Below are positions 14,289 to 25,943 of a stretch of DNA of 64,000 bases, piece by piece. Every line of letters starts with the position of its first letter. Position 1 is the first letter of the stretch. Position numbers and translations under genes: made by a program. The DNA is from Paecilomyces variotii (Eukaryota): the NCBI GenBank assembly GCA_004022145.1, contig RCNU01000007.1; one strand, given 5' to 3'. A model generated the notes under the pieces. The model had not been told where the DNA came from. It was given only the letters and a program-made list of their open reading frames with translations, and ran no database searches.

Positions 14289-16491
14289 ATGAGCATCCGC
14301 GCGCGCGACTACGCCCATGGAAGCGAGCCTGGCTCACCAGCCACGGCACCGGACAATGACAATATTGATATTGAGGCCCAACCGCGGCCACCACGCGTGC
14401 GAATAGGCTCGGCCGTTAGCGAAGACGCAATCACGATTGACGCAGGTACAAGTACAGCCAGGGTGAATTCGCGCGAATCGGCCAAGCGACGCACGAAAAG
14501 ATCAAACACAGCACAGTCCTACTATCCAGATGGCGCGAATAACCATGATCAGAACTGGCACCCGGGAACAGAACCAGGCATCGACCCGAAGAAACCACTG
14601 CCGCCATATGGCGCGGATTGGGGGTCCTCCGTACCAACGGATCTACATAGACATTGCGACATAACTGTGGTCGACTTCTCGCAGAACGAGATGAGGCAGT
14701 ATGAGTTGGACAATGACACTCTCGAGCAATTCCTGATGAAGGAGAAGGAACCGTGGGTGCAGTGTAGATGGATAAATGTCAATGGCTTGAGTTGGGATGT
14801 GATCCGACTTCTAGGCAATCGAAAGGGTCTCCATAGACTGGCCGTTGAGGATCTCATGCACACTTCCAACCGGACTAAGGCGGATTGGTATTCGGACCAC
14901 GCATATGTCGTTTTGAGTCTACAAAAGCTGGTGAAAATGCGCCAGGAGGATAGTGATTCTGAGGACAGCGACAAGGAGGATGACACTTCTCGGGGCGAAA
15001 AAGATGGCCGGAGCTCCACATCAAGCAATGAAACTTCTGCTTCTTCCCTCAGGAGGAGAACGAAATGGTCAGTCGTCTTAGCGGCTTTGATTGATATCTT
15101 GACTCCCTCAAAGATGAAGTATAAGGAGGATCCCAAGGATGGCGGGGAGCCAGGAGTCCGCACGACCGCCGACAAATTCGAGTCATATCGGAATTCCCAG
15201 TTTAGAGATAGCCCAAAGGTACCTGGGCCCGCTCGTACGATACAGCGCCATAGGGGTGGGCCCAATGAGGATAGGATCGAGTTTATGGAGCGTCATGCCG
15301 CCCTCGCAGCCAAGGGTCTCTGCGTCACGTTGGAACAGGTTTCGATCTTCCTGCATCACGACAATACCGTCACTTCATTCTTTGAAGCTAGCGCAGACGA
15401 TATCGAAGCCCCTATCGTCAAACGACTTAGTTCTCCAGAGACCATCTTGCGCCAGTCGTGCGATGCTAGCATGCTCTTGCAAGCTATCCTGGATGCTATT
15501 ATCGACCTGGCTATTCCCGTGACGACCGCATATCAGGATGCAATAGGCGATTTGGAGTTAGACATTCTCACGGATCCGACCATCGAACAATCCAAGAGTC
15601 TTTATATTCTTACATCGGAGATCGCCGTTCTGCGCAACAGCATCCAACCAATCGTGGCACTTGTCAATTCGCTTCGAGACCATCGCTCTGAGCCCGTCAG
15701 CACTCCCGGTCTGGGCACTATCGTGAAGACTAACTCTAACAGCTCGTTTACCACTCCGTCGGGAGAGAGCTCGCTACAGATAAGTACTTCGCCTCCGAAC
15801 CTGAAGAGCATCGGAGGCTCCACAGTGACCATCAGCGCAATGTGCCATACATACCTTGGCGATGCACTAGACCATGTCATTATGATCGTCGAGCATTATG
15901 ATCAAATGAGGCGCTCTGCAGACAACATGATCGATCTCATCTTCAATACAATTGGTAAAGGACATCACTGGTTTAATATTAGCAAAGATGATGGTCCAAT
16001 CAAATTAACCTACTTTTCTACAGGCGCATATCAAAACGAAAGTATGAAACAGCTCAGTCTTGTAACGTGTTTCTACTTGCCTCTCACCTTCATTACAGTA
16101 TGTCATCATTTTGAAACTGTACTGGTATAACTACTGACCGAAATAAACAAAAGGGGTACTTTGGCATGAATTTCAAAGATTTTGCTGGTATTAACCATAG
16201 CGATGCGTACGTGATCTCATTTATAGTCAGGAATCCCTACAAGAGCTGATACTGATGGTTCACGGGTAAATAGCTACTTCTGGAAAATTGCCGTTCCTGT
16301 CGTGGTTGTCTCAACTTTGTTCTTGATGTGAGTGTCATTTTCTACATTCCTTTTCACTATACAGGCTCGCACTCGTTAACTTGGGGAAAAGGCGCGACAT
16401 GGTCAAACGCTACCTCGTCCAATTAGCCCAAAAGCGGCTGATCGTCAGCTCGCGGAAGCAAAGGAAACGGAGACGAGCGAAGCGAAATTAA
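14289..16491 (+). CDS. CorA-family Mg2+/divalent cation transporter; introns approx. 15955-16023, 16098-16153, 16207-16273, 16328-16391; start codon uncertain
   Basis: WINVNG and LHRLAVEDL motifs, QNESMKQL before TM1, spliced signature [15 protein letters not shown], basic C-terminal tail ending TAA at 16489-16491. Confidence 0.88.
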
Positions 16492-16753
16492 TAAGCATCT
16501 TGCTGTAGTTACCGTTTATGCGGGTTGTCTTCTTGTAGTCACGATAGTATGTTTTTGTATAATGATCACATCTGTATATATATACGTTATTCCGATATAC
16601 AAGAGAAAGAGTGGAACCGTCGCATTTCATCTCATCATAGCGGCTCTCTAAACCATGGGAGATGTAATATTATATAGAATAATGAGAATCGTATGTAATA
16701 TGATACATCGTTCGTAAAGTGCTTTCCTTTCCCTTGGCTTTTTCCTTTCACCA

Positions 16754-17988
16754 TCACAAAGTCTTCCGCTTAAAAGCGAAATATGCCTTCCATGGTAATT
16801 TCCAGTCGGAAGTCAGAAGTTCCGGCTTGAAGATATCAAAATCAACCTTTTCCAATCGGTCCAGCCATAATCGGGTCGCCACAGCGGGCATGTACACGCC
16901 AAAGGCGCGATTGACCTCATCTAATGGCGTGTCTGCCCCGCTGGTGATATCTCCGTACTCGTGTCCTTCCTCGCCCTCGTGTTCGAAGGCGTGGCCTACA
17001 TCTTGGCCTCGTTGTAGATTGTGCAGCATCTGCTGTGCTGTGATTAGATGGTCGCTAGCTCGGGTCGCGACGGTGAAGACGGCGTCTCGTAGACCGGGAG
17101 CGTCGGCGCCTTGTCGAAAGACGTCTTCTTCCCTAACGCCTGCTTGGGCCATGATGTTTAACGGGAGGGTGATGGCGCCTTGCTTGACGCCGCCGCCGGG
17201 CTGGTTGGAGTGATGGCCCGGAGCAGAGGGGAAGGCCACGAGAGGTAATCCGCGCAAAACAGCGCTGATTCCAGCAGCTTTGCCGATGTGAGAGGCGAGG
17301 TGGTCTGCTGTTACGGAGGTTAAGGGCAGAGCGGAGAGCGTGAGGTAGAGGAGTGTAGAGTAGGTGTTTTCGGCGTAGGACTCGAGGGCGGCCAGGTCTG
17401 GATAGGGCGTATTGGCGAGAGATTGTTCGCGCGCATTGATCATGCGCATGAACCAGCCTTTACTAAGCCGAGCGCGGCCACCAGTTCGTGCATCCAGATC
17501 TGATATGGCAGCCGCGAGCAGGATCGCGACGGGTTCCTTGGGTGGGCTGCCAGAAAGAGTGCGGGTAATTGTGTCACGCCAGAATTGCAGACGCATCAGG
17601 CCGATTGTATATGACGAAGTTGTGTCAGGTACCATGGATAGGGAGATATTAAGAGCGCGCAAGGCAATATAGAAGGGTTGTGTCTGGCGGGGGATGAATG
17701 TTCCGAGCGTGTAGGAGGGACGGTCGTATTTTCTGTTATATTTGACGAATATCAGAACGTATTCGTCTGTGGAAGCTTGCGCAACAGAACCTACTCAACA
17801 AGATTTCGACAGTACTGTTCCGCCGACTTCACCTCTGCTTCCGCAGCTCCTGTAGTTGGAGCAGCAGTTGCCGATCGAGATAGATGACGCCGTTGGTGCT
17901 GAGAGCATCGCAGCTGTCGACTGCGCCAGACGAGCAGTATCTCTTTGCCCGCACCTCGCGGGCGAATAGCTCCCTTGATGAAAGACAT
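16754..17988 (-). CDS. Squalene/phytoene synthase-like mitochondrial complex I assembly factor (NDUFAF6 homologue); intron approx. 17733-17794
   Basis: Presequence-like N-terminus; spliced YCRNLVEKYDRPSY; LRALN, MRLQFWRD, LESYAENTYSTLLYL, ASHIGKAAGI, LEKVDFDIF. Confidence 0.87.
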
Positions 17989-18295
17989 ACTAATGGGTCA
18001 AGCTTTTTGATCAGAAGCTCCCTCAAGGTTGGAAAATGAGATATGTTAATGCGACATGGCGATCTGAAGGCGGCGAGAAAGATTCCTGTAGCCATCTGAT
18101 CAGATACGGGCCTGAAATAAAGAGCGCAAAACGGCCATTGCTATGGACCTAATGTGGACCCTCGATATCACCTACCAGAACGACTTATCCGCGGGGAATT
18201 ATTGATAGCTTGTTGAACAAGCAACCGATCATTCACGATGTCGGAGTTGGTCAGCGCCTTTATTTTTTTTGGCCGCAATGACGTCGGGCCGACTT

Positions 18296-18311
18296 CGCGT
18301 CTCGGCGCGTC
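18296..18311. promoter_or_regulatory. Tandem CGCGTC (MCB-like, ACGCG core on the minus strand) elements upstream of rad5
   Basis: TTCGCGTC and GGCGCGTC lie about 90 bp upstream of the rad5 ATG. Confidence 0.35.
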
Positions 18312-18394
18312 TTTCGCTTTTGGACATTAAGAGATCGCGCCTCAACGCCTGCTCTCTATCAACCACATCCCCAGTTCGAAGCGGCCTTTGGAAA

Positions 18395-21300
18395 ATGAGC
18401 TTCGGACACCTCGATGAACGGGATCAACGGCCCGCTAAGAAGAGAAGATTCTTTGTCCAGGAAGAGGATCAGATCCCGTTCAGCAATGGCTTCAACGCGT
18501 CTGGAGAACCCCGAGGCTTCCCCGAAGAAGCGGATATCAAGTCCACGGACAAACTTGTGGACAACCCAGTCTCCTCCTTGGACGGTCTGAAGTCGCACGA
18601 GGCTCAGGAGATTGCTGAAGATGCGGCCGCAGAGACATTTGGAGACTCCACTACCGCAGACCGGATCGAGAGCAACGGTGTAAATGGCAGACATGTGGAC
18701 GCGGCAGCAGCACGGCACCCGCTGGAAGAAATAGGAGATGGATTCGACATGCATTTATTCAACAATATAGTCGGACAAGATATGTCACGCGATACGGTGG
18801 ATAAGATTCGAGCTGCTGCTGGCGACAATATGGAGACGGCGGTCAATATCTTCTTTGATGGATCGTGGAAGACCGCTAATGAGAAGGAACCGGATGTACC
18901 AGGACAGATGCCCCAGTCAGCACCTGAAGCTGACGCTACCGTACACGCCGAGATGGAGGAAATCCCGCCAGCACCACCTGATACCGAAGTAAATGAGACG
19001 GCAGTGGAAGGTGCAGAAGTCTTGCCATCTCAGCCGGCTCTGAGATATGTTGGTGCCTTTGGAGTTGCTGCTTGGGCGACCAGAAATGGCACTGGGATTG
19101 TCCGTCATGGCGAGACTGTGGGCATCGAGCGTGCCAGGACCCAGCCGATGATGAAGCAGGTTCGAGGGCGGAAGCAAATCACCAACAACAAAGGCGATGT
19201 CTTGACGCGATTTATCAATACTCGGGGAGAGGAGGTTGGCCGGCTGCCTCGAGAGAGTGCTGAATGGGTATCCACACTCATTGACCAGAAGATCTGCAAG
19301 TTTGAGGGTGTCTGCGTCTATGCTCCCGACCGGATCCGAGTGAATGACACCATTTATCTTCAGTTACGATGCTATCTTCGTCAAGAAGCCTTCCAACCAA
19401 GACCGCTTAGTCGACTGGCGGATGATAACAGATCAACAGGCTTGTTTGAAGAAAAGGAGAGTTTAGAGGAGAAGAATCTGCGTCTCCGTCAAGTTGCGCT
19501 AGTGAAGCTGTTTGGCGAGATCAACCTTGAGCCCACGTCCATGAACGAGATGACAGCAAAGCATAAAAAGGAGGGACTCCTTCGGGCCGCGGAAATGGCG
19601 GAACAGTACGACAAGAGCAAGAAGGATGCCACAAAAGACTCACCCAATGAGTCCGAAGACGAAGGAACGCAGGAACTAGAAGAAGACCAGCTCGACACGC
19701 TATACAAAAAGGCGCAGACATTTGACTTCAACATGCCGGAAGCGGAACCACCACCGACATTTACGATGGATCTCCGAAAATACCAAAAGCAAGCCCTTCA
19801 CTGGATGCTTGCAAAGGAGAAAGATGCAAAGCAAGCCAGACAGAGCTCGATGCATCCCTTGTGGGAAGAATATACATGGCCTGTGACTGACGTGGATGAC
19901 AAGGTCTTGCCTAAAGTCCACGAAAAAGACCACTTCTACGTGAATCCGTACTCCGGCGAGCTCACTCTGGAATTTCCCGTGCAAGAACAACATTGTCTTG
20001 GTGGTATTCTAGCCGACGAGATGGGGCTTGGTAAGACCATAGAGATGCTCAGCCTTATCCATTCCCATGGACTGCAGGCCGACGAACACACCGTGAATGG
20101 CGCTGCTTCTGTTGATACCCTCCGTCGATTGCCCAAGGAATCGAAAAGCACGGTGCTTGCTCCCCATACAACTTTGGTCGTTGCTCCGACCTCTCTTCTG
20201 GCACAGTGGGAGAGCGAAGCCATCAAGGCGTCACGGCCGGGCACATTGAAACCCTTGGTTTACTACGGCGCTGATAAAGCAGTCAACCTAAGGAATCTCT
20301 GCTGCGCGAGTAATGCTGCTGACGCTCCTAATGTGATTATCACAAGTTACGGCGTCGTGTTGTCTGAATACCGTCAGGCGTCCTCGTCACTCCCCACGCT
20401 TGGGACACAAGGTGGCTTATTCTCTGTCGAATTCTTACGTGTCATCCTTGACGAGGCCCATTACATCAAGAACCGGCTCTCCAAGTCGGCAAGAGCATGT
20501 TACGAACTGAAAGCCGTCCATCGATGGGCACTGACGGGCACTCCCATCGTTAATAGGCTAGAGGATCTATTCAGTCTTGTCCGGTATTTGAAGGTAGAAC
20601 CGTGGAGTAACTTCTCCTTTTGGAAGACATTCATCACGGTTCCTTTTGAATCGAAGGATTATGTACGCGCTCTCAATGTTGTCCAGACAGTCCTCGAGCC
20701 ATTGGTACTCCGACGAACGAAGACAATGAAGACGCCTGATGGAGAGGCCCTCGTTCCACTGCCAAATCGGAAAATTACCATTGAAGAAGTGGAACTTTCC
20801 GAACAGGAGCGAGAAATCTACGACTACATCTATACCCGTGCCAAGCAGACGTTTAACACTAATGTCGAGGCTGGAACGCTGCTGAAGTCATACTCGACCA
20901 TCTTCGCTCAGATCCTTCGACTACGTCAAACATGCTGCCATCCAATTCTTACTCGGAACAAGGCAATTGTTGCGGAGGAAGAAGATATTGCAGCTGCGGC
21001 TGATGCGTCAAATGAGCTTAAGGATGATATGGATTTGCAGGAGCTGATCGATCGTTTCACGTCTTCCACTGAGTCAGCTGAAAACGATGGTGATCAGAGA
21101 TCCATGGTGCGGTTTACTGCACATGCTTTGAGGCAGATCCAAAACGATGCCGGCGGCGAGTGTCCCATCTGCTCTGAAGATCCAATGATCGACCCAGCAG
21201 TAACTGCATGCTGGCACAGTGCATGCAAGAAGTGTCTCCAAGACTTGATTAGACATCAGACGGACAAAGGAGAAACTCCACGGTGTTTTTCCTGCCGCGC

Positions 21301-22099
21301 GCCAGTCACATCGCGAGATATCTTTGAAGTAGTCCGTCATAAATCACCCAACACCACACCCACCGGGGAGGATCTATATAGTAGTACTCCTCCATCGTCT
21401 GCATCTCCAGCTCCCCGGATCTCTTTGCGACGTGTCAACCCCTTCTCCCCGTCGGCCCAGACTTCTGCAAAGATCCACGCGCTTATGGATCATCTCACTC
21501 GCTTGCCTCAAAATGAGAAGTCAGTCGTATTCTCTCAGTTTACTTCATTTCTCGACTTAATATCCCCACAGCTTACAAGGGCCGGTATCGCCCATGTGCG
21601 TCTTGACGGTACAATGCCCCAGAAAGCACGAGCGGAGGTGCTCTCCCAGTTCACACGGACCGATACTTTTGATGAGGAGGACATGGAGGACATTGAAGAC
21701 CCCGATAACCCTCATAAAAAGAGAGCGCCCTGTCAAAACTCGGCCATGTCTAAGACCTCATCGGCGCCTCCTGGCCGTCCTAACGTACTCCTGATCAGTT
21801 TACGGGCCGGTGGTGTCGGGCTGAACTTAACGGCAGCCAACCATGTCTTTATGATGGATCCCTGGTGGAGTTTTGCTGTCGAGGCGCAGGCCATTGATCG
21901 TGTTCATCGAATGGGCCAACTACGAGAAGTCTCCGTGACACGATTTATTGCAAAGAATTCCATTGAAGGCCGCATGCTCCAAGTTCAGGAGCGGAAGATG
22001 AATATCGCTGGCTCCTTAGGATTAAGGATCGGTGGAGATGGTGGCGATGAGGAGAGGAAGAAAGAAAGAATTGAGGAGCTACGGTTGCTGTTTGAGTGA
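18395..22099 (+). CDS. rad5: DNA repair helicase/E3 ligase Rad5 (HIRAN + SNF2 ATPase with inserted RING), intronless
   Basis: GGILADEMGLGKT, ILDEAH, LTGTP, RING CPIC..CWHSACKKC..CFSC, SLRAGGVGLNLT, QAIDRVHRMGQ. HIRAN region EVGRLPRE. N-terminal KKRRFF. Confidence 0.95.
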   Translation: MSFGHLDERDQRPAKKRRFFVQEEDQIPFSNGFNASGEPRGFPEEADIKSTDKLVDNPVSSLDGLKSHEAQEIAEDAAAETFGDSTTADRIESNGVNGRHVDAAAARHPLEEIGDGFDMHLFNNIVGQDMSRDTVDKIRAAAGDNMETAVNIFFDGSWKTANEKEPDVPGQMPQSAPEADATVHAEMEEIPPAPPDTEVNETAVEGAEVLPSQPALRYVGAFGVAAWATRNGTGIVRHGETVGIERARTQPMMKQVRGRKQITNNKGDVLTRFINTRGEEVGRLPRESAEWVSTLIDQKICKFEGVCVYAPDRIRVNDTIYLQLRCYLRQEAFQPRPLSRLADDNRSTGLFEEKESLEEKNLRLRQVALVKLFGEINLEPTSMNEMTAKHKKEGLLRAAEMAEQYDKSKKDATKDSPNESEDEGTQELEEDQLDTLYKKAQTFDFNMPEAEPPPTFTMDLRKYQKQALHWMLAKEKDAKQARQSSMHPLWEEYTWPVTDVDDKVLPKVHEKDHFYVNPYSGELTLEFPVQEQHCLGGILADEMGLGKTIEMLSLIHSHGLQADEHTVNGAASVDTLRRLPKESKSTVLAPHTTLVVAPTSLLAQWESEAIKASRPGTLKPLVYYGADKAVNLRNLCCASNAADAPNVIITSYGVVLSEYRQASSSLPTLGTQGGLFSVEFLRVILDEAHYIKNRLSKSARACYELKAVHRWALTGTPIVNRLEDLFSLVRYLKVEPWSNFSFWKTFITVPFESKDYVRALNVVQTVLEPLVLRRTKTMKTPDGEALVPLPNRKITIEEVELSEQEREIYDYIYTRAKQTFNTNVEAGTLLKSYSTIFAQILRLRQTCCHPILTRNKAIVAEEEDIAAAADASNELKDDMDLQELIDRFTSSTESAENDGDQRSMVRFTAHALRQIQNDAGGECPICSEDPMIDPAVTACWHSACKKCLQDLIRHQTDKGETPRCFSCRAPVTSRDIFEVVRHKSPNTTPTGEDLYSSTPPSSASPAPRISLRRVNPFSPSAQTSAKIHALMDHLTRLPQNEKSVVFSQFTSFLDLISPQLTRAGIAHVRLDGTMPQKARAEVLSQFTRTDTFDEEDMEDIEDPDNPHKKRAPCQNSAMSKTSSAPPGRPNVLLISLRAGGVGLNLTAANHVFMMDPWWSFAVEAQAIDRVHRMGQLREVSVTRFIAKNSIEGRMLQVQERKMNIAGSLGLRIGGDGGDEERKKERIEELRLLFE

Positions 22100-22699
22100 G
22101 GTAATATGTATCTTGTTGAGTCGTTATAATAATACCCGTTGTCGTCTACATCCACAAGGATAGTTGGGTTTGGATTTATTTAGAGTTCCGGATCACTGTA
22201 TGGTACATATACTATGTCTGCAAGAATAATGGTATATTCTTTGGTACATAAACATGGGCGATACATATTGTTTAATATTCAGATCACCGGATCTTTCCGA
22301 ACATGCCCCATACCGGGTGTTTTGTTCTCTGACCGTCGGCTATCAAGACCTCATTGCTGAGCGCTTTTGTTGTCACTGCAATTCTGGGCAAAGCTCTGTC
22401 AAGAATTCTGTCGTCTCTTGTTTCAGGCTGCATTGTGGGTTGTTGGTCGCGCCGCCGTAGGATCCCTCTCCCCTTATCAAAGCCCATCTGGCGTTCTCAA
22501 CATCCTAGATTCTTGCCGCCGTAAAGCCTTATAAAGCATTTCCCAGAAAGGCACCTATAACGATGAACTTCGTTTTCAAAAAAGCAACGGGAGGCTTAAG
22601 TAGTAATTAAGACACCACATTTGCCTAATATGAGGTCCGGGACGTCGCATTGGAGGTTTCTGTCTAGCTATGGGATGAATACTTACTGATCGGCAAACA

Positions 22700-23219
22700 G
22701 CCTATTAGTTATACCACGCACCGCGCAGCCGATACATCTGACTTCTATGACTATTGTCTCTATAATCTTGTCGATATCGTTAGCAAGGATGGCAATTTCA
22801 TCTTGGATATTGGACTAAAAGCTGACAGAACGATCGTTGACGCCGAAGTCCAACACCTGCGTGAGCCAGGGAAATGGATCTATACTCACGGAGAAGCTAT
22901 CTTCAACACGACGTACTGGGTTTTTATGTCCAGGTATGAGAGTCGTGAGAAGAATATTGGCGTCCGGTTCACGCAGACGAATGATGCTTTTTATATCTTG
23001 ATGCTGGAATGGCCCTGTTCGGAGGAAGTGTATATAGACGCACCTATCCCTGTTTTAAAAGGTCATTCAGTAACCGCTCTGGATGCTGCAGGCGAGGAGA
23101 GACAATTGCAATGGGAGAAGAGGACCGAAGAGAGAACCGGTTCTACTTTCCACATACCAGCAGATGTTCTTGAGCGCGATGAGTATTGCTAGGTCTTGAA
23201 GATTGCATATCGTTCCTAA
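22700..23219 (+). pseudogene. C-terminal remnant of a GH29 alpha-L-fucosidase
   Basis: Translates NLVDIVSKDGNFILDIGLKADRTI...GKWIYTHGEAIFNTTYW...VRFTQTNDAFYIL...EYC*VLKI, typical of the fungal GH29 C-terminus. Apparent frameshift near 22757-22760, in-frame TAG at 23190-23192, and no N-terminal catalytic part. Confidence 0.75.
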
Positions 23220-24070
23220 GTCGTCCGAACTACAATAGATGTCTTGAGAGTAATATACACTTAATTACCCTAAGCAGAATGCTGAACTATTTCTAATAGC
23301 TTCCTGCCTATTATAATTATTACTATTTACCATAAATGTATGGGAATCTAAAGTCATAGAAGCAAAGATATTGGAAGAGCATTTAATATGGGAATAAAAT
23401 CTTAATTGCTTGAAGAATTAGAGAGTACCGAAATATATTAGCTAACTATCTATGCCCACGGACTCTATCCTGAATTACTGCTGCCTAGAGCACTGCGTTT
23501 GTACTGCTCTTGAGCATTTCCTGTGTCCGCCGGGTCTGCTTTGATCCTATATCGGTAGATATAGTAGCTTCCCGTTATTTGCTCTACACCCTTTGTATAG
23601 GGTAGTAGAGACCGTTTGCAGCTTGCCTCTACTGAAGCCGTGACCTCTCACTTGGTATAGCCATAGATCTTCAGCGAGATATAAATATATTTCTGCAGTA
23701 CTGATACAGAATAACTTGATTAGTTTAGCTGAATTCTCCATGTAATCATGCAACGTATGTCTGGTACTCCCTAACGACCCTATGTGTCCCGATGGTTATG
23801 AAGAATAATTCCCACCGGGTGCGCTCAGCCGGTCAGTCGGAATGAAGATTAGTCATCGCCGATTCGGAGACTCAGTGCGATATCGCTCCAGGCGGGGTTG
23901 ATATGTTTACAACATACTATCTAACAGTTAGGATGTTTATAAGATTCTAGAGTCACAGCTTAACCCTTGTCCTGCTGGTTCGCGGGCCTGAGTCCAAGAG
24001 CAACAATCCCAATTTCCTGTGGATCGTTAGAGCGGCAGACCGGAATTTACGAAGAGCGAATCTAAGCAAC

Positions 24071-25135
24071 ATGCGTCTCCTTCCAGAAGGTGATCTCTCA
24101 CGTCTCCTCCGATCATTAACCCAGGAGCAATGTCAGCGTCTTCTCAATGTCCTCGCGGAGTCTCTCAGCAGTTCCTCAGCCCAATCTACTTCAAACAAGT
24201 CAGAAAAGCTGATCCACCAGCCTCTACGAAGCCACATCGTCACCAAGGGCAATGACACATCCTTATTCATGCCTTCCTCGAATAACACAACAACCGGGAT
24301 TAAAATTGTCACGATTCCTGGTGATGGGGGCAATATAGCTGCCGTAATTAATATCTTTACACCTAATGGTAAGCTGACCGGACTCCTCAGCGCGGCTGAG
24401 GTCACGGCCTTCCGAACCGCGCTTGCGACAATGACTCTCTTCACCCGCTGCACCTCTTTGAGGCGAGAGAATATTGTTGTCTTCGGCTCTGGCAAGCAAG
24501 CAGAATGGCATGCGCGACTGGCGGCGATACTCCTTCCACAAGAGGTCAAAAAGATTACATTTGTCAATCGTGGCCGCCAACGATTGGAGCAGATCGAGAA
24601 AACTCTCCTGCCAGAACTACGTGAACGCTATCCGGGCATAACTACGGCAATCTTGCCCCAAGAGGGTATACCTGACTATTCCGAGAAACTCCAGGCAGCA
24701 CTGGCGGCCTGTGATGTTATATTTTGCTGCACACCTTCTACTGCTCCGCTCTTTCCATACTCCTATCTCGAACCTAAAGGCGGCGAAGTGTCGAAGCAGC
24801 GATTCATTTCGTTGATCGGTTCGTACAAGCCACATATGCAGGAGATCGATACGCAGACTCTGTTCACAGGCGGTGGAAAGATCTATGTTGATTCGAAGGA
24901 AGCCTGCCTTGAAGAGTCCGGGGAGCTCATTAATGCTAAGGTAACTGAGGATCAGCTCATCGAGGTTGGTACACTGTTTAATCCTGGGGAAGAGACGAGT
25001 GCGCTCTCTATACCCGCGGGATTTAATGTCGTATTCAAGTGCGTGGGAATGGGAATTATGGACTTAGTCATTGCAAACAAATTGCTGGATATTTCGAGGG
25101 AATTGAATATTGGCACGGAGATCAATGGCTTTTAG
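24071..25135 (+). CDS. prnX: Ornithine cyclodeaminase/mu-crystallin family protein (PrnX), intronless
   Basis: LFMPS, GIKIV, VTAFRTA, Rossmann FGSGKQA, CCTPS, IGSYKPHMQE, FKCVGMGIMD. Located next to the prn genes. Confidence 0.88.
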   Translation: MRLLPEGDLSRLLRSLTQEQCQRLLNVLAESLSSSSAQSTSNKSEKLIHQPLRSHIVTKGNDTSLFMPSSNNTTTGIKIVTIPGDGGNIAAVINIFTPNGKLTGLLSAAEVTAFRTALATMTLFTRCTSLRRENIVVFGSGKQAEWHARLAAILLPQEVKKITFVNRGRQRLEQIEKTLLPELRERYPGITTAILPQEGIPDYSEKLQAALAACDVIFCCTPSTAPLFPYSYLEPKGGEVSKQRFISLIGSYKPHMQEIDTQTLFTGGGKIYVDSKEACLEESGELINAKVTEDQLIEVGTLFNPGEETSALSIPAGFNVVFKCVGMGIMDLVIANKLLDISRELNIGTEINGF

Positions 25136-25943
25136 GCGAGCTTATGAATTTAGCTAAGGGATTCGTCACGGAGTAGAACTGCTGACCAGGAGCTGGGACC
25201 GCTAGCGAGGAGTTAGTTACGCGGCCTCGCGAATAGATATCTTCATCGCACAGCTCGATCCTGATTCAAGCTCCTCGAGCTACGTCTTGTCTATTGAGCC
25301 TGCCTGCACTAGCCCGTTCTACTGTCTGAACCTGATGGACAGAGATCCTGTAGCTAGCCTGCGTATTAACCACTTGATTCTATTCGTTCCTGACTGCCTA
25401 CGAGCCCGAACCTTGACACTTTTCGGTAAATCTATCTTTCTGTGGTACATTGACAGAGCTAGCTTGTATAGCTACTAGTAAGCAGTAGTAGATACCTGGT
25501 AGTTAGTACAGTAACTTAGTATTCAATTTATACTGGAATACGCAGATTCGTCGCTTGCTCACTAATCTCCAACAACTGAATGCTGCAGACCTTCGCAGGG
25601 CTCTATTGCCCACAAAACATCAATAATGGGCAGACAGAAAAAGTGAACGTAAGGATATACGATATTTACTAGAAGCAAAGCAGCAAACAAATCAAATTGA
25701 TAAATCGCAGGAATATTCGCTTATCGTCGGCTATTACTTAGTTACACGCACGGAATGTGGCAGTTTGCGGGGTTCGGCGGCAAGACTCCACTTTATCGCG
25801 CTTATCGCCAAGATGTCGGCTTACCTCGAGTACGATCACTGTCGTGTGTTATCGGTTCCAGTCGGGATGAGATAGACGCGGAGACTGGGAAATCCCCCTC
25901 TCGGACACATCTAGCTTTGGTTTCCTAAGTCATAAGAAGCCAA

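Noticed and set aside
16754-17988. Squalene/phytoene synthase as a terpene biosynthetic core gene for the P450
   Set aside because: It lacks DDxxD motifs, has a mitochondrial presequence and matches NDUFAF6; it is not a secondary-metabolite synthase.
18269-18394. N-terminal extension of Rad5 from a TTG start in the ORF track
   Set aside because: Non-ATG start; the region looks like promoter/5'UTR (CGCG elements), and conserved-looking sequence begins at ATG 18395.
22254-22500. Short ORFs on both strands downstream of rad5
   Set aside because: No recognisable homology or splice structure; cannot be supported as a gene.
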